From Oculatellaceae cyanobacterium bins.114 (lineage in GTDB: Bacteria > Cyanobacteriota > Cyanobacteriia > Elainellales > Elainellaceae), in the NCBI GenBank assembly GCA_033764315.1, contig JANRJA010000077.1, forward strand, positions 1-64,000: a stretch of 64,000 bases of DNA, in the 5' to 3' direction. How positions within the stretch are numbered: the first letter of the stretch is position 1; every line of letters begins with the position of its first letter. The position numbers were made by a program, and so were the translations under genes. This document shows, piece after piece, positions 1 to 10,421 of this stretch. A model generated the notes under the pieces. The model saw only the letters and a program-made list of their open reading frames with translations, made no database searches and was not told the DNA's origin.

Positions 1-19
1 TAAATATTCTCGCTAGGTA

Positions 20-108
20 TATAGCAGTCAAAAATCATTTGTGCGGCTGGTTGTGAGAGGCGCCCCCCTCGGGGGTGCGCCTCTCACAACCCATTTAGAA
101 TCGCTATA
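20..108. mobile_element. Short MITE-like element (TATAGCAGTC...GCTATA family)
   Basis: Imperfect terminal IRs TATAGCAGTC.AAAT / ATTTAGAATCGCTATA around the palindrome GTTGTGAGAGGCGC...GCGCCTCTCACAAC; relatives at 25803, 34121, 36120, 58411. Confidence 0.65.
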
Positions 109-313
109 TTTGCTTCTATCAACGGCTTGGTGAATTCAAAATAAGGGTGTTATTTAGTATTGCATTTACAAAAATTTACCATTTGTTTCGAGAATTCTCG
201 ATTGACAACAGAGCCGAATTCCTCGTGAAACTCTGACAAACATCTGTCCGAAAGGGTTATACAGAAAGTAAACTAGTAAAGAATTACAGTGGCAGCCAAG
301 TGAGATACGCAGA

Positions 314-1282
314 ATGTTATTAAAAGTCGAGCTAGGACTCTTTAATTTAGACTGCACCGACTACCACGCGATTTTGGGAGTTCCGGTGAACATTGATCCC
401 AAAGATATTCGCAAGCATTATCTCAAAATTGCTCGTCGCCTGCACCCTGATAGCTATGCAACTGAGGGGGAGCAAGAGCGCAAGCGTGCCGCTGAATATC
501 TCTCTAAGCTGGTGAATCCAGCCTATGAGAAATTATCTCAACCAGAAAATTACAAAGATCACCTCTTGCTAATCAAACTCAAAGGACAGCAAGCAGCCCG
601 ACAGCAAGAAACTATTATGCTGCTGAGTGACTCAGCCCGACGTTTGGCCAGTGCTCTGGGAGATATTGAACAACCCTATCGAGTAGCACTGAAAGAGTTG
701 GCTGCCAAGCAATACGAACAGCTGGATCAAACGCTGGAATTGACTGGGCAAATTAGTGAGTTAAATCTGATTTACTTGATGAAGACAGCCGACAGACCGG
801 CCTCCCTGCCGCCACCCAGCCAAGAACCAAAACGAGGGGGAGGAACACCACCGCCACCACCACCACGCCCACCCGAAAAACGAGGCACACGAGAGTTGGT
901 TGAGTCTTATTTGCGACGAGGCAAGGAGTTTTGGGGAAAAGGAGATTCTCAAACTGCCATCAAAGAGATGCGGGAGGCGTTAAGCCTTGCCTTGAAAGAT
1001 TCTGAATGTACTGATCTTGCCAGCGATTGCTATGGTCTTTTAGGAGAGATTTATATTCAGTTGAAGCAGCAAACGATGGCAAAGGTTCAATTTAATCAGG
1101 CCTTAAAATTAAACCCTAATAATGAGATTGCTCGGGCAGGTTTGCGTAGAATTGACCCGAGTTGGACCCCTCCAGGAGAAACTCCCACCCCAGCAAAAGG
1201 GGCTAAACCCAATGATAAAGGTGGAAAATCGAATGATTCTGGGGGTGGCTTGTTTGGTTTCTTTGGTGGGAAAAAGAAATAA
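314..1282 (+). CDS. J-domain (DnaJ-like) protein with C-terminal TPR
   Basis: DYHAILGV...ARRLHPD J-domain motif, Pro-rich linker, TPR-like helices (ALKLNPNN). Confidence 0.9.
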   Translation: MLLKVELGLFNLDCTDYHAILGVPVNIDPKDIRKHYLKIARRLHPDSYATEGEQERKRAAEYLSKLVNPAYEKLSQPENYKDHLLLIKLKGQQAARQQETIMLLSDSARRLASALGDIEQPYRVALKELAAKQYEQLDQTLELTGQISELNLIYLMKTADRPASLPPPSQEPKRGGGTPPPPPPRPPEKRGTRELVESYLRRGKEFWGKGDSQTAIKEMREALSLALKDSECTDLASDCYGLLGEIYIQLKQQTMAKVQFNQALKLNPNNEIARAGLRRIDPSWTPPGETPTPAKGAKPNDKGGKSNDSGGGLFGFFGGKKK

Positions 1283-2511
1283 TGGTGTATCAACCTCCAG
1301 TTGGAGCCAGAGATCTGTTGCCTTTGGACGTGGCTCAAAAGTGCTGGATCGAAGATCGGTTACAAAATGTTTTTCATCGCTGGGGTTATCACCGCATTAT
1401 TACCTCGACGCTAGAGCGAATGGATACGCTGATGGCAGGGGGTGCGGTGCAACAGTCTACCGTGATTCAGTTGCAAGAGACTGAAAACGAGGCATTGGGC
1501 TTGCGTCCAGAGTTAACGGCTTCGATCGCCCGTGCAGCTGTCACTCGCATGGCAGGAACAGCCTTACCGCAACGGCTCTATTACAACGCTAATGTATTTC
1601 GGCGCGCTGCCAAGGGTAGCCACACCTATCAGCAAGAGTTTTATCAGGCGGGAGTGGAGTTGATTGGGGGTGGGGGTGTAGTAGCGGATGCTGAAGTCTT
1701 GCTATTGCTGACTGACTGTCTAAATGCTTTGGGACTCGACCAGTGGCATTTGATCTTGGGTGAGGCAGGGTTGACGCGATCGCTTTTATCTGCCTTTCCA
1801 GAGGGTGTGCGAGAGGCAATCAGAGTGGCGATCGCTCATCTTGATCGGCTTACTCTAGAAACACTGCCTTTGTCTGATGAGTTGCGTAAGCGAGCATTAC
1901 TGCTGTTTGATCTGCGGGGTCGTCCAGCAGATGTGTTGCAGCGAGTTTCTCAGCTTGATTTAGATGCAACTCAACGAGACACCGTCAACGATCTGAAATC
2001 TTTAATTGACTTGTTAGAAGAAACCTCTGCGGCTCAAGGTCGCAAAACTCCTCCACTCATTCTTGATTTGAGCCTAATTCAAACATTGGATTACTACACA
2101 GGCATCGTCTTTGAGGTGATTGGTGGCTCTGTCGGGCAACGAGTTTTGGGGCAGGGTGGACGCTATGACCAGTTGTTAGGTCTATATCATCCCCAAGGAA
2201 AAACGGCTCCAGGGATTGGGTTTGTCTTCAATATCGAAGAGTTACATCAAACTCTATTACCCACAGGTCAACTGCCACTTGACACTCCTCCCAGTCATTG
2301 GTTAGTTGTGCCAACCACGCCACAAGCTCAAGCAGCAGCGTTTGCCTACGCTCACAAAATTCGTGAGTCTACTCATTTGATCCGAGTCGAGGTTGATTTA
2401 AATCCCCTTCCAGATGCTGAAGCGGTCAAAACCTATGCCCAACGTCGCAATATTACGCAGATTGCCTGGATCAATGCCACTGGTCAACCTGAGATTGAGC
2501 GGGTTGGCTAA
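1282..2511 (+). CDS. hisZ: ATP phosphoribosyltransferase regulatory subunit
   Basis: HisRS-like motifs GARDLLP, LRPELTASIAR, EFYQAGVEL, YYTGIVF, GGRYD. Confidence 0.95.
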   Translation: MVYQPPVGARDLLPLDVAQKCWIEDRLQNVFHRWGYHRIITSTLERMDTLMAGGAVQQSTVIQLQETENEALGLRPELTASIARAAVTRMAGTALPQRLYYNANVFRRAAKGSHTYQQEFYQAGVELIGGGGVVADAEVLLLLTDCLNALGLDQWHLILGEAGLTRSLLSAFPEGVREAIRVAIAHLDRLTLETLPLSDELRKRALLLFDLRGRPADVLQRVSQLDLDATQRDTVNDLKSLIDLLEETSAAQGRKTPPLILDLSLIQTLDYYTGIVFEVIGGSVGQRVLGQGGRYDQLLGLYHPQGKTAPGIGFVFNIEELHQTLLPTGQLPLDTPPSHWLVVPTTPQAQAAAFAYAHKIRESTHLIRVEVDLNPLPDAEAVKTYAQRRNITQIAWINATGQPEIERVG

Positions 2512-2611
2512 CCCAGTGAAGATTAGATGAACCTGATAGGCTAGAAGAAGCTCATCTCGGCTATGTCTGCCGATTGTTTTAGAAGAAAAACACCTTTGAG
2601 AGAAGAACACC

Positions 2612-2839
2612 GTGCCCCATACGATTGTCACTAACACTTGCGAAGGCGTTGCCGACTGTGTAGACGCTTGTCCGGTTGCCTGCATTCATGAAGGCCCAGA
2701 CAAAAATACTAAAGGAACCGATTGGTATTGGATTGATTTTGCCACCTGCATCGACTGTGGCATTTGCTTACAAGTTTGCCCAGTTGAAGGGGCGATCGTT
2801 CCTGAAGAACGCCCAGAGTTGCAGAACACGCCCAAGTAG
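2612..2839 (+). CDS. Bacterial-type 4Fe-4S dicluster ferredoxin
   Basis: CEGVADCVDACPVAC and CIDCGICLQVCP motifs, GTG start. Confidence 0.93.
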   Translation: MPHTIVTNTCEGVADCVDACPVACIHEGPDKNTKGTDWYWIDFATCIDCGICLQVCPVEGAIVPEERPELQNTPK

Positions 2840-2861
2840 CGACGCGATTAATCCGTCTATA
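2836..2861. repeat. REP-like palindrome remnant
   Basis: GTAGCGACGCGATTAATCCGTCTATAC; related to AGACGTGATTAATCGCGTCTCT near 24353. Confidence 0.5.
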
Positions 2862-2997
2862 CAGACGTTTTACCCTAGCCATTTTTCTAGGACTGGATCT
2901 GCCCATTCTTCTGATGTTGTATCTCCTGGCAATTCGTCATTCTTAAAGATATGGAAATTGCATGATTTCCAGGAATGAAAGCGTCAGGAGAACAACA

Positions 2998-3930
2998 ATG
3001 ACCGTTACAACTGAATCATCAAGCACCTTGTTGGCGTTTTCAAACGGGTTAGCGGAAGCGATCGCCCATGCCTCACCTGTGGTGGTCGCTGTCAACGCCC
3101 GACACCGAATGGCATCTAGCGGGATCCATTGGCGATCGGGCTATGTCGTGACAGCAGATCATACCGTTAGACGAGAAGATGACATTACCATCACCCTAGC
3201 CGATGGACGCACCCTCCCAGCCCAGCTAGTCGCCAGAGACAGTGGAACTGATTTAGCCGTATTGCAAGTACAAGAGACTCAGTTACCCACCGCTGAACTG
3301 GCAAATGCCGCATCTTTGAAAGTGGGACATATCGTGTTGGCGATCGCCCGCTCAAATGAGGGCAATACCAGTGCTTGTATGGGGGTAATTAGTGCTTTAG
3401 GTGGAACCTGGCGATCGTGGCATGGTGGACAGATTGATCAATTCATTCGCCCTGACATTACCCCTTATCCAGGGTTTGCGGGCAGTCCTCTGGTCACCGT
3501 TGAAGGGCAAATCGTAGGGATTAACACTTCTGGTCCTCGTAGAGCCATCCTGACGATTCCCGCTAGCACGATCGATCGAGTGGTCAATCAACTGGTGCAA
3601 AAAGGGAGAATTTCACGGGGTTATTTGGGGTTAGGGATGCAACCCGTTCAATTGCCCAAAACCCTTCAGGAAACCCTGGGTTTATCACACGATGGTGGAG
3701 TGATTATCGTTAGTGTTGAGCCAAATGCTCCTGCGGATCAGGCTGGCGTGCTAATTGGCGACATCTTAGTAGCGTTAAACAATACCCCGATTCGGGATGT
3801 TCGAGACGTTCACATGATGCTTGACCCTGAGCAAGTCGGTCAACCCATCACAGCCCAACTGGTGCGTGGGGGAACACGGCTTGAGCTAACGATCACGGTT
3901 GGTGAGCGTCCCTGGCAGGAGGAACGATGA
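2998..3930 (+). CDS. S1C/HtrA-like trypsin-fold protein with PDZ; catalytic Ser replaced by Ala
   Basis: TADH and DLAVL triad motifs present, but PGFAGSP replaces GxSGGP; RGYLG...PADQAG PDZ; AGGAG RBS before ATG 2998. Confidence 0.88.
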   Translation: MTVTTESSSTLLAFSNGLAEAIAHASPVVVAVNARHRMASSGIHWRSGYVVTADHTVRREDDITITLADGRTLPAQLVARDSGTDLAVLQVQETQLPTAELANAASLKVGHIVLAIARSNEGNTSACMGVISALGGTWRSWHGGQIDQFIRPDITPYPGFAGSPLVTVEGQIVGINTSGPRRAILTIPASTIDRVVNQLVQKGRISRGYLGLGMQPVQLPKTLQETLGLSHDGGVIIVSVEPNAPADQAGVLIGDILVALNNTPIRDVRDVHMMLDPEQVGQPITAQLVRGGTRLELTITVGERPWQEER

Positions 3931-4538
3931 GCATACATGTCACTCACCAGTCTATTGCTCAGGCATTGGTCGAAGTAGCAGATGGCGTGCGCCGCTCAAC
4001 GGTGCAGGTTCGAGGACAACGATGGGGCGCAGGGGCAGGTGTGATCTGGCAGGTCTCGCCGCTCAACCCGTCTAACGTGATTATCACCAATGCCCATGTG
4101 GTCAGAGGGTCGAGCGTTGTCGTCGAGGTGTGGGATGGTCGCACTTTAGAAGCGACCGTTGTTGCTCGTGATCTTCAGCATGACCTTGCGGCTCTAACGG
4201 TTGATGCCAGTGATCTAACAGCCGCGATCGCAGGCAACTCTAATCAATTACGAGTCGGAGAACTCGTGCTCGCAGTAGGCAACCCCTGGGGATTAGTTGG
4301 GGCGTTGACCACCGGAATTGTTCACACGGTCTGTCCTTCTGAGGGCGATGGCTGGATTCAAGCGGATGTCCGGTTAGCACCCGGCAATTCGGGAGGGCCT
4401 TTAGCCAACGCCCAGGGTGAGGTCATTGGCATCAACACCATGATTGTCAATGGATTAGCGATCGCCATTCCCAGTCACACCGTGCATCAATTTCTCAAGA
4501 CTGCCCTGATCCATTCAACCCAGGTTGATGTTGCATGA
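3927..4538 (+). CDS. S1C/HtrA-like serine protease without PDZ
   Basis: TNAHV, DLAAL and PGNSGGPL form an intact triad; ATGA overlap with the upstream gene. Confidence 0.9.
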   Translation: MSIHVTHQSIAQALVEVADGVRRSTVQVRGQRWGAGAGVIWQVSPLNPSNVIITNAHVVRGSSVVVEVWDGRTLEATVVARDLQHDLAALTVDASDLTAAIAGNSNQLRVGELVLAVGNPWGLVGALTTGIVHTVCPSEGDGWIQADVRLAPGNSGGPLANAQGEVIGINTMIVNGLAIAIPSHTVHQFLKTALIHSTQVDVA

Positions 4539-5182
4539 TCTCGAATGCACGAGTTCTAGTTGCAGCGAACTCAGCGATCGCACGAGTCGGACTGGAAACA
4601 CTGTTGGCCCAAAACTCTGCCTTAACTGTCGTGGGAAGTGTGACCCATCGAGATCTAGGCGAACAGTTGGATACACTGCAACCCGATGTGGTGTTGATGG
4701 AGTTAGAGTTGCAAGAAGACAATCCTTTGAGTGCCCTACCCGTGCTAGATCGCGAGATGGATCTCCCAGCGATTGTTGTCTTGGTGGATAACGTCCAAAG
4801 TTCCTGGGTCAGTGATTTACTACAATCTGGCATTCAGGGAATTTTGCCCGCTGAGGCAACAGCCGATGAGATTATGACCACGATCGAAGCCGTGGCAACC
4901 GGATTAATCGTCTTGCATCCAGAGTTTTTGGGATCGCTGCCAATGGCACCAACATCATCGCGATCGCTTCCCCCTGTAACCAATCAGACCCTAACTCCCC
5001 GAGAAGTTGAGGTATTGAGCATGTTAGCTGAAGGGCTAGGCAACAAGGCGATCGCCCGTCGTCTAACCATTTCAGAACACACGGTTAAATTCCACATCAG
5101 CTCAATTCTCAGCAAAATGAATGCCTCTAGCCGCACTGAAGCAGTAACGTTAGGAGCACGCCAGGGATTGATTTTATTATAA
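4535..5182 (+). CDS. NarL/LuxR-family response regulator with atypical receiver
   Basis: C-terminal LTPREVEVL...GNKAIARRLTISEHTVKFH HTH; receiver reads DVVLME. Confidence 0.92.
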   Translation: MISNARVLVAANSAIARVGLETLLAQNSALTVVGSVTHRDLGEQLDTLQPDVVLMELELQEDNPLSALPVLDREMDLPAIVVLVDNVQSSWVSDLLQSGIQGILPAEATADEIMTTIEAVATGLIVLHPEFLGSLPMAPTSSRSLPPVTNQTLTPREVEVLSMLAEGLGNKAIARRLTISEHTVKFHISSILSKMNASSRTEAVTLGARQGLILL

Positions 5183-5265
5183 GAAACGAGGCTGGAAGAG
5201 AACAGGATACGCAAGTGATTGAGAGAGTTTTGAAGGTTTAGGGTTGAGTTTTGAATTCAGCAATT

Positions 5266-5394
5266 CAACTCAAAATTCAAAACCCAAAACCCAAAACCCA
5301 AAATTCAAAACTCAAAACTCAAAATTCAAAACTCAAAATCCAAAACTCAAAACCCAAAATTCAAAACCCAAAACTCAAAATTCAAAACCCAAAA
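5266..5394. repeat. Heptamer short tandem repeat array (AA[C/T][T/C]CAA)n
   Basis: About 18 units such as AACTCAA/AATTCAA/AACCCAA between convergent genes. Confidence 0.95.
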
Positions 5395-5433
5395 CCTCCC
5401 TATTCTCTGACATCTCAACGCCCTCAGCCCTGA

Positions 5434-6699
5434 TTAACTAATGGCTGCCAACGCTCGCTCGATCGCCTGCAATGCTCCGTCAATTTCAGCTTCATTGACA
5501 ATTAATGGAGGCACAAAACGAATTACTTTTGGCCCCGCAGGCACCAACAGCAAGCCATCATCCATCGCGGCTTTGACAATCTGACTAGCGATTAGTTCGA
5601 TCTCAGGGTTAAGAACTAAACCGTTGATCAAACCCCATCCTCGGACTTCTACAATCAAGTCGGGATATTTTTGGGCGATCGCCTTCAACCCACTGCGTAG
5701 CTGTTCACCCCGTTGTTGCACGTTCTCTAACAGATTTTCTTGCTCTAGAGTTTGACAAACTTTTAGGGCCACCCCACACGCAAAGGGATTTCCTCCAAAG
5801 GTACTGGCGTGATCACCCGGTTGAAACACATCGCAGAAGGATTTGCACAACATCGCCCCAATCGGAATACCACCGCCTAATCCTTTGGCAGAGGTAAAGA
5901 TGTCGGGTTCAATCCCTAAATTTTCATAGCCCCACTGATGACCTGTGCGTCCCATGCCGACTTGCACTTCATCCAAGATCAGGAGAATGCCCTTTTCGTC
6001 GCAGATCTGACGCACCCGTTGGAAGTAAGCCACATCGCCCGGACGCACCCCACCTTCACCCTGCAACGGCTCTAACATAATTGCCGCAACATGGCGACTA
6101 GGGGTGTCAAGCAGGGCGATCGCCTCTTCAAGTGCCGTGATGTCGTTATAGGGAACATAGTGGAACCCTGGCATGAGCGGATCAAAGTTCTTTTGATATT
6201 TGGGTTGCCCCGTGGCTGTAACCGTTGCCAACGTGCGCCCGTGGAAGCTAGCATGAGCCGTCAAAATCACAGGACTCTCAATCTTAAGAACCGTGTGAGC
6301 ATATTTACGAGCTAATTTGATGGCTCCTTCATTTGCCTCAGCCCCAGAATTGCAGAAAAAGGCGCGATCGGCACAGGAATGCTCAACCAACCACTTTGCC
6401 AGTTCGCCTTGCTCTCGAATGTAGTAGAGGTTAGAAACGTGGTGCAGTTTCTGAATTTGCTGCGTTACAGCTTCAACCATTGCGGGGTGGGCGTGCCCCA
6501 GTGTGCAGGTGGCAATGCCAGCGACAAAATCCAAATATTCTCGCCCTTCAGCATCCCAAACTCGACATCCCAATCCGCGCTCTAATGTCAATGGAAAGCG
6601 GGCATAGGTTGCCATGACATGAGCATCAAATTCCGCTAAGTCATAGGGCGACGAGGGAGAGGTCAAGCTGGGCAATTGAACGAGAGTTTCTGGACTCAC
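5434..6699 (-). CDS. argD: Acetylornithine aminotransferase
   Basis: NSGAEANE, SFHGRT, DEVQVGMGRTG, AKGLGGG, HASTFGGNP. Confidence 0.95.
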   Translation of the reverse strand: MSPETLVQLPSLTSPSSPYDLAEFDAHVMATYARFPLTLERGLGCRVWDAEGREYLDFVAGIATCTLGHAHPAMVEAVTQQIQKLHHVSNLYYIREQGELAKWLVEHSCADRAFFCNSGAEANEGAIKLARKYAHTVLKIESPVILTAHASFHGRTLATVTATGQPKYQKNFDPLMPGFHYVPYNDITALEEAIALLDTPSRHVAAIMLEPLQGEGGVRPGDVAYFQRVRQICDEKGILLILDEVQVGMGRTGHQWGYENLGIEPDIFTSAKGLGGGIPIGAMLCKSFCDVFQPGDHASTFGGNPFACGVALKVCQTLEQENLLENVQQRGEQLRSGLKAIAQKYPDLIVEVRGWGLINGLVLNPEIELIASQIVKAAMDDGLLLVPAGPKVIRFVPPLIVNEAEIDGALQAIERALAAIS

Positions 6700-7064
6700 A
6701 GGCTTCTCCTTAGATTAAAAAATCTTGCAAAAAGGTAAGAATTTAGAAGGGGTCGTCGTCTTGATAACCGTTGTTTTGATAACCAGTATCCAACTACCAA
6801 CCATTCATCACACTTCATTACACTGACACAGCAAAAGCAAGGGACTGTTAGTTAGTCAAGTCAGTCAAGTCATTCACAAACTTCATATTAGGGCAGATCT
6901 CTAGAAGCCTGGGGAAATTTTTATGACTTTCATCGGTTAAGTCATGAAACATCAACATACTGTGCCAGTTGAGGAAGCTGAATACGCCCTGCAACTCGGT
7001 ATGTTCCGGAGCGTCGTTGATGACTACGAACGATACATTAACGACTTAGACAGGCATTAACACA

Positions 7065-8708
7065 ATGAAAGGTGGAGTTGGATTGCGGCTGAGTTTATTA
7101 GCAGCCGTCGGAGTTGGATTGAGTGGTTTTTGGGCACCAGCAACCGCAGCCGTCCGGTTTGAGCAGCGAGATGTCGATCAGAGCCGATTGATTGCGATCG
7201 CCGCTCCAGTTGGCAACACATCTCATCAACTGTTGATTTTAGAACAGTTAAATAACAACCGTGACTGTTGGGAAGAGACGGGCAACAGCCCGACGATGGT
7301 TGATCCATTGTTGTTAGATTTTGACTTTACAGGAATTTGTAATCGCAGCACCGACAGCAACGGTTATTCACTGCGCGTCGGCAATCAAGATTTGGGTTTG
7401 CAATATAGCCTGCGGGTCGTCCGTCAAAACAATGATCTCGTGCTGATGGCAATATCCAATCGCGATCGCACCACTCCCCCTTTAGAAATTGGCAGAACCC
7501 ACGGCTACACCAACGGATTTGCCCGGATCGAGTTAAATCCAGGTTGGCGCATGACGAAGCGAGTTTACAACGGTCAAAATTTAGCTCACATCTACTTAAC
7601 AAGCGATCAAGATTTACCCACGCTGATTGCCTCTGCATCGGGCACACGTGGCGACATCTCTATTCCGGTTACGCGTCCCCCAGTGGTCGTTACCCCACCA
7701 ATTGCCACTCGACCCAGCCCAGCTCCAGTGCCCCCCATCACCGTTTCTCCCTCTCCTCCTGAGACCCTACCCACTGTAACCGTCCCGGCTACCCCGATCG
7801 CCCGCCCTACCTTACCTCGACCGACTCCAACACCGTCAACCAATCGTCCTCTGCCGACTCCATCTCCCTCAACATCAACCTCCACCGTCAGTTACCGAGT
7901 TGTAGTGCAGGCAGACACACTGGCGCAACAAGACCAGGTTCGGGCGATCGCCCCTGGAGCCTTTCGCACTCTCGTAAATGGGCAAGCCGTGATGCAAGCC
8001 GGATTATTTCGCAACCGCAACACCGCAGATATCTTAGAACAGCAGTTACGAGCCGCAAACCTGCAAGCGATGGTGCTTCCAGTAGCCGGGTGGACTCCAC
8101 CAACCCCTCCACAACCGCTGCCACCGACACCAAACCCCAGCACTCCAGCACCTCAAACTCCGATCGCCCGGAGAGTCGTTGTCATCGACCCTGGACATGG
8201 CGGCACCGATCCAGGAGCGATCGGCATTGGTGGCATTCAAGAAAAAGAAATCGTTTTGGCGATCGCTCAGGAAGTGACGAGCTTACTAGAGCGACATGGA
8301 GTGCAAGCCGTGATGACCCGTCGCGACGATCGCACTTTAGATCTAGAACCCAGAGTCACCTTTGCCGAGCGTGCTAACGCTGATTTGTTTGTCAGTATTC
8401 ATGCCAATTCCACTCCCAGTGGCTCTACTGCTAATGGGGCTGAAACCTATTACTCCTCCGCCACAGGACGGCAACTGGCGCAAGCCATCCAATCCAACAT
8501 GATTCAGTCAACGGGCATGATTGACCGAGGAGTAAAACAAGCCCGCTTTTACGTCTTAACTCAAACCTCTATGCCCGCCGCACTGGTCGAAGTCGGCTTT
8601 GTCACTGGACAACAAGATGTACGCCGATTGAGTAGCCCCACCTCGCGTCGCCAAATTGCTGGAGCCATCACCGATGGCATTTTGCAATATATTCAGCAGG
8701 GAGATTAG
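7065..8708 (+). CDS. N-acetylmuramoyl-L-alanine amidase (DUF3747-like N-domain, Pro-rich linker, SPOR-like, Amidase_3)
   Basis: Signal peptide; IDPGHGG, EKE, SIHAN and LVEVGF amidase motifs. Confidence 0.9.
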   Translation: MKGGVGLRLSLLAAVGVGLSGFWAPATAAVRFEQRDVDQSRLIAIAAPVGNTSHQLLILEQLNNNRDCWEETGNSPTMVDPLLLDFDFTGICNRSTDSNGYSLRVGNQDLGLQYSLRVVRQNNDLVLMAISNRDRTTPPLEIGRTHGYTNGFARIELNPGWRMTKRVYNGQNLAHIYLTSDQDLPTLIASASGTRGDISIPVTRPPVVVTPPIATRPSPAPVPPITVSPSPPETLPTVTVPATPIARPTLPRPTPTPSTNRPLPTPSPSTSTSTVSYRVVVQADTLAQQDQVRAIAPGAFRTLVNGQAVMQAGLFRNRNTADILEQQLRAANLQAMVLPVAGWTPPTPPQPLPPTPNPSTPAPQTPIARRVVVIDPGHGGTDPGAIGIGGIQEKEIVLAIAQEVTSLLERHGVQAVMTRRDDRTLDLEPRVTFAERANADLFVSIHANSTPSGSTANGAETYYSSATGRQLAQAIQSNMIQSTGMIDRGVKQARFYVLTQTSMPAALVEVGFVTGQQDVRRLSSPTSRRQIAGAITDGILQYIQQGD

Positions 8709-8975
8709 GGGAGTTGGAAGTTGGGTGGAATACGTGAAGGAGTGGGGAGGTTAAGTTTTGAGGTTTGAGTTTTAAGTGGATGAGTGAGGTCTTACCCATT
8801 TACCCCCACACCTCATTCCCCTTTTACCCAGCCCTCAACATTGGAAATAAATAATTTTGGTTCGATCCCCGATTTAGCGGTTAAAATCTGGCTGCAAAGG
8901 GGGAACCCTTTGGGCAGAAAATTCATCAATGCCTCACAGCATGATGACGATTAAAGTCGGACTAGGGTTGGAGCT

Positions 8976-10421
8976 ATGAAAATCATTCACGGGGTCGTAA
9001 CCACACTCGGAATTGCTGCTTTGATGGGAGCACCTATCGCTGTAACAGCACAAACCCCTCCAGCGGAAGCACCTGCACCAGCAGCACCTGCGCCAGAAAC
9101 ACCTGCGCCAGAAACACCTGCGCCAGCAGTCAACTTGGCCGAGGCAATTAGAGCCTATAACGATGGTACTGAAAACCTTGAAGAAAGGGATTACAGCGAT
9201 GCGATCGCCGATTTTGATCGCGCTATTACAGCAAATCCTAACTATGCCGCGGCTTACCTTTATCGAGGTGTAGCACGAGCTGCTTCTAATGATTATTCTG
9301 GAGCGATCGCCGACTACAATCGTGCTCTAGAACTGGATCCAACAACGGTTGATGCTTATTTCCACCGCGGCGTAGCGCACTATAGCTTAGGCGACAACGC
9401 TCAGGCAATGGCTGATCTTAACCAGGCAATTCAAAACAACACAACAAACGCTGCTGCCTACTTCTATCGAGGGGTGTTGCACTTCAACGCGGGTGATCAA
9501 GATAGTGCCACCAGCGATTTTAATCAAGCGATTCAACTTAAGCCTGACTATGCTGAAGCATATTTGCATCGGGGGGTGATTCGTTCTGCACAAGCTGATC
9601 CGCAAGGAGCGATCGCCGACTTTAATCAAGCAATCGATATTCGGTCTAATTACGCTGCTGCTTATCTCAATCGGGGCAGTACTCAGTTTGCCTTAGGAAA
9701 TCGGGAAGCTGCTCTCGAAGACCTAAACCAGGCGGTGCGGTTTAACAACGACTCAGCCGTTGCCTACTTTAACAGAGGCTTTATATTAAGTGTCATGGGC
9801 GATCGCCAACAAGCCCTAGAAGACTTTAATCGCGCCATTGAGTTACAACCAGAATATGCCCAGGCTTACTTTAGTCGGGGGGTTGTACAATTTTCTCTGG
9901 GCAATACCGCAGATGCTCTCTCTGATTTTAATCAAGCGATCGCCATTGATCCTGACTATGCTGAAGCCTACAAACATCGAGGAGATTTATTGGCTAGCAC
10001 AGGTGACAATCGTGAAGCGATCGAAGATTACAGCAATGCTCTACAAATTCGAGCCGATTACGCCGAGGCTTATTCTGCCCGTGCCAATGCCAGAGTCGCT
10101 TTAGGAGACGCCAACGGAGCCGATCAGGATTTCAGTCAAGCCATTTCATTCAATCCGGGGGATGCTCAAGCATTTAGTAACCGAGGTGATATTCGCTCAG
10201 AGTTAGGGGATGCTCAAGGAGCATTGGCAGATTACAGTCAAGCCATTCGGATGAATCCCAATGATGCAGACGCCTTCTATAATCGGGGGCTTTTGCGTGC
10301 CGAGCTAGGCAGTCGTCAATCTGCGCTAGAAGACTTTAACCGAGCCGCAGAACTCTATATGCAAATGGGATCAGCTCAAGGCTATCGCAACGCATTGGGT
10401 GAAATCTCAAAATTGCGCTAA
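8976..10421 (+). CDS. Secreted tetratricopeptide-repeat protein
   Basis: Signal peptide, APAPET repeats (15-bp DNA repeat), about 12 TPRs (AY..RG...A..DF..AI..P). Confidence 0.92.
   Translation: MKIIHGVVTTLGIAALMGAPIAVTAQTPPAEAPAPAAPAPETPAPETPAPAVNLAEAIRAYNDGTENLEERDYSDAIADFDRAITANPNYAAAYLYRGVARAASNDYSGAIADYNRALELDPTTVDAYFHRGVAHYSLGDNAQAMADLNQAIQNNTTNAAAYFYRGVLHFNAGDQDSATSDFNQAIQLKPDYAEAYLHRGVIRSAQADPQGAIADFNQAIDIRSNYAAAYLNRGSTQFALGNREAALEDLNQAVRFNNDSAVAYFNRGFILSVMGDRQQALEDFNRAIELQPEYAQAYFSRGVVQFSLGNTADALSDFNQAIAIDPDYAEAYKHRGDLLASTGDNREAIEDYSNALQIRADYAEAYSARANARVALGDANGADQDFSQAISFNPGDAQAFSNRGDIRSELGDAQGALADYSQAIRMNPNDADAFYNRGLLRAELGSRQSALEDFNRAAELYMQMGSAQGYRNALGEISKLR

Noticed and set aside
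5244-5441. ORFs made of QNSKLKT-type repeats (also 63102-63395)
   Set aside because: Translations of intergenic heptamer arrays
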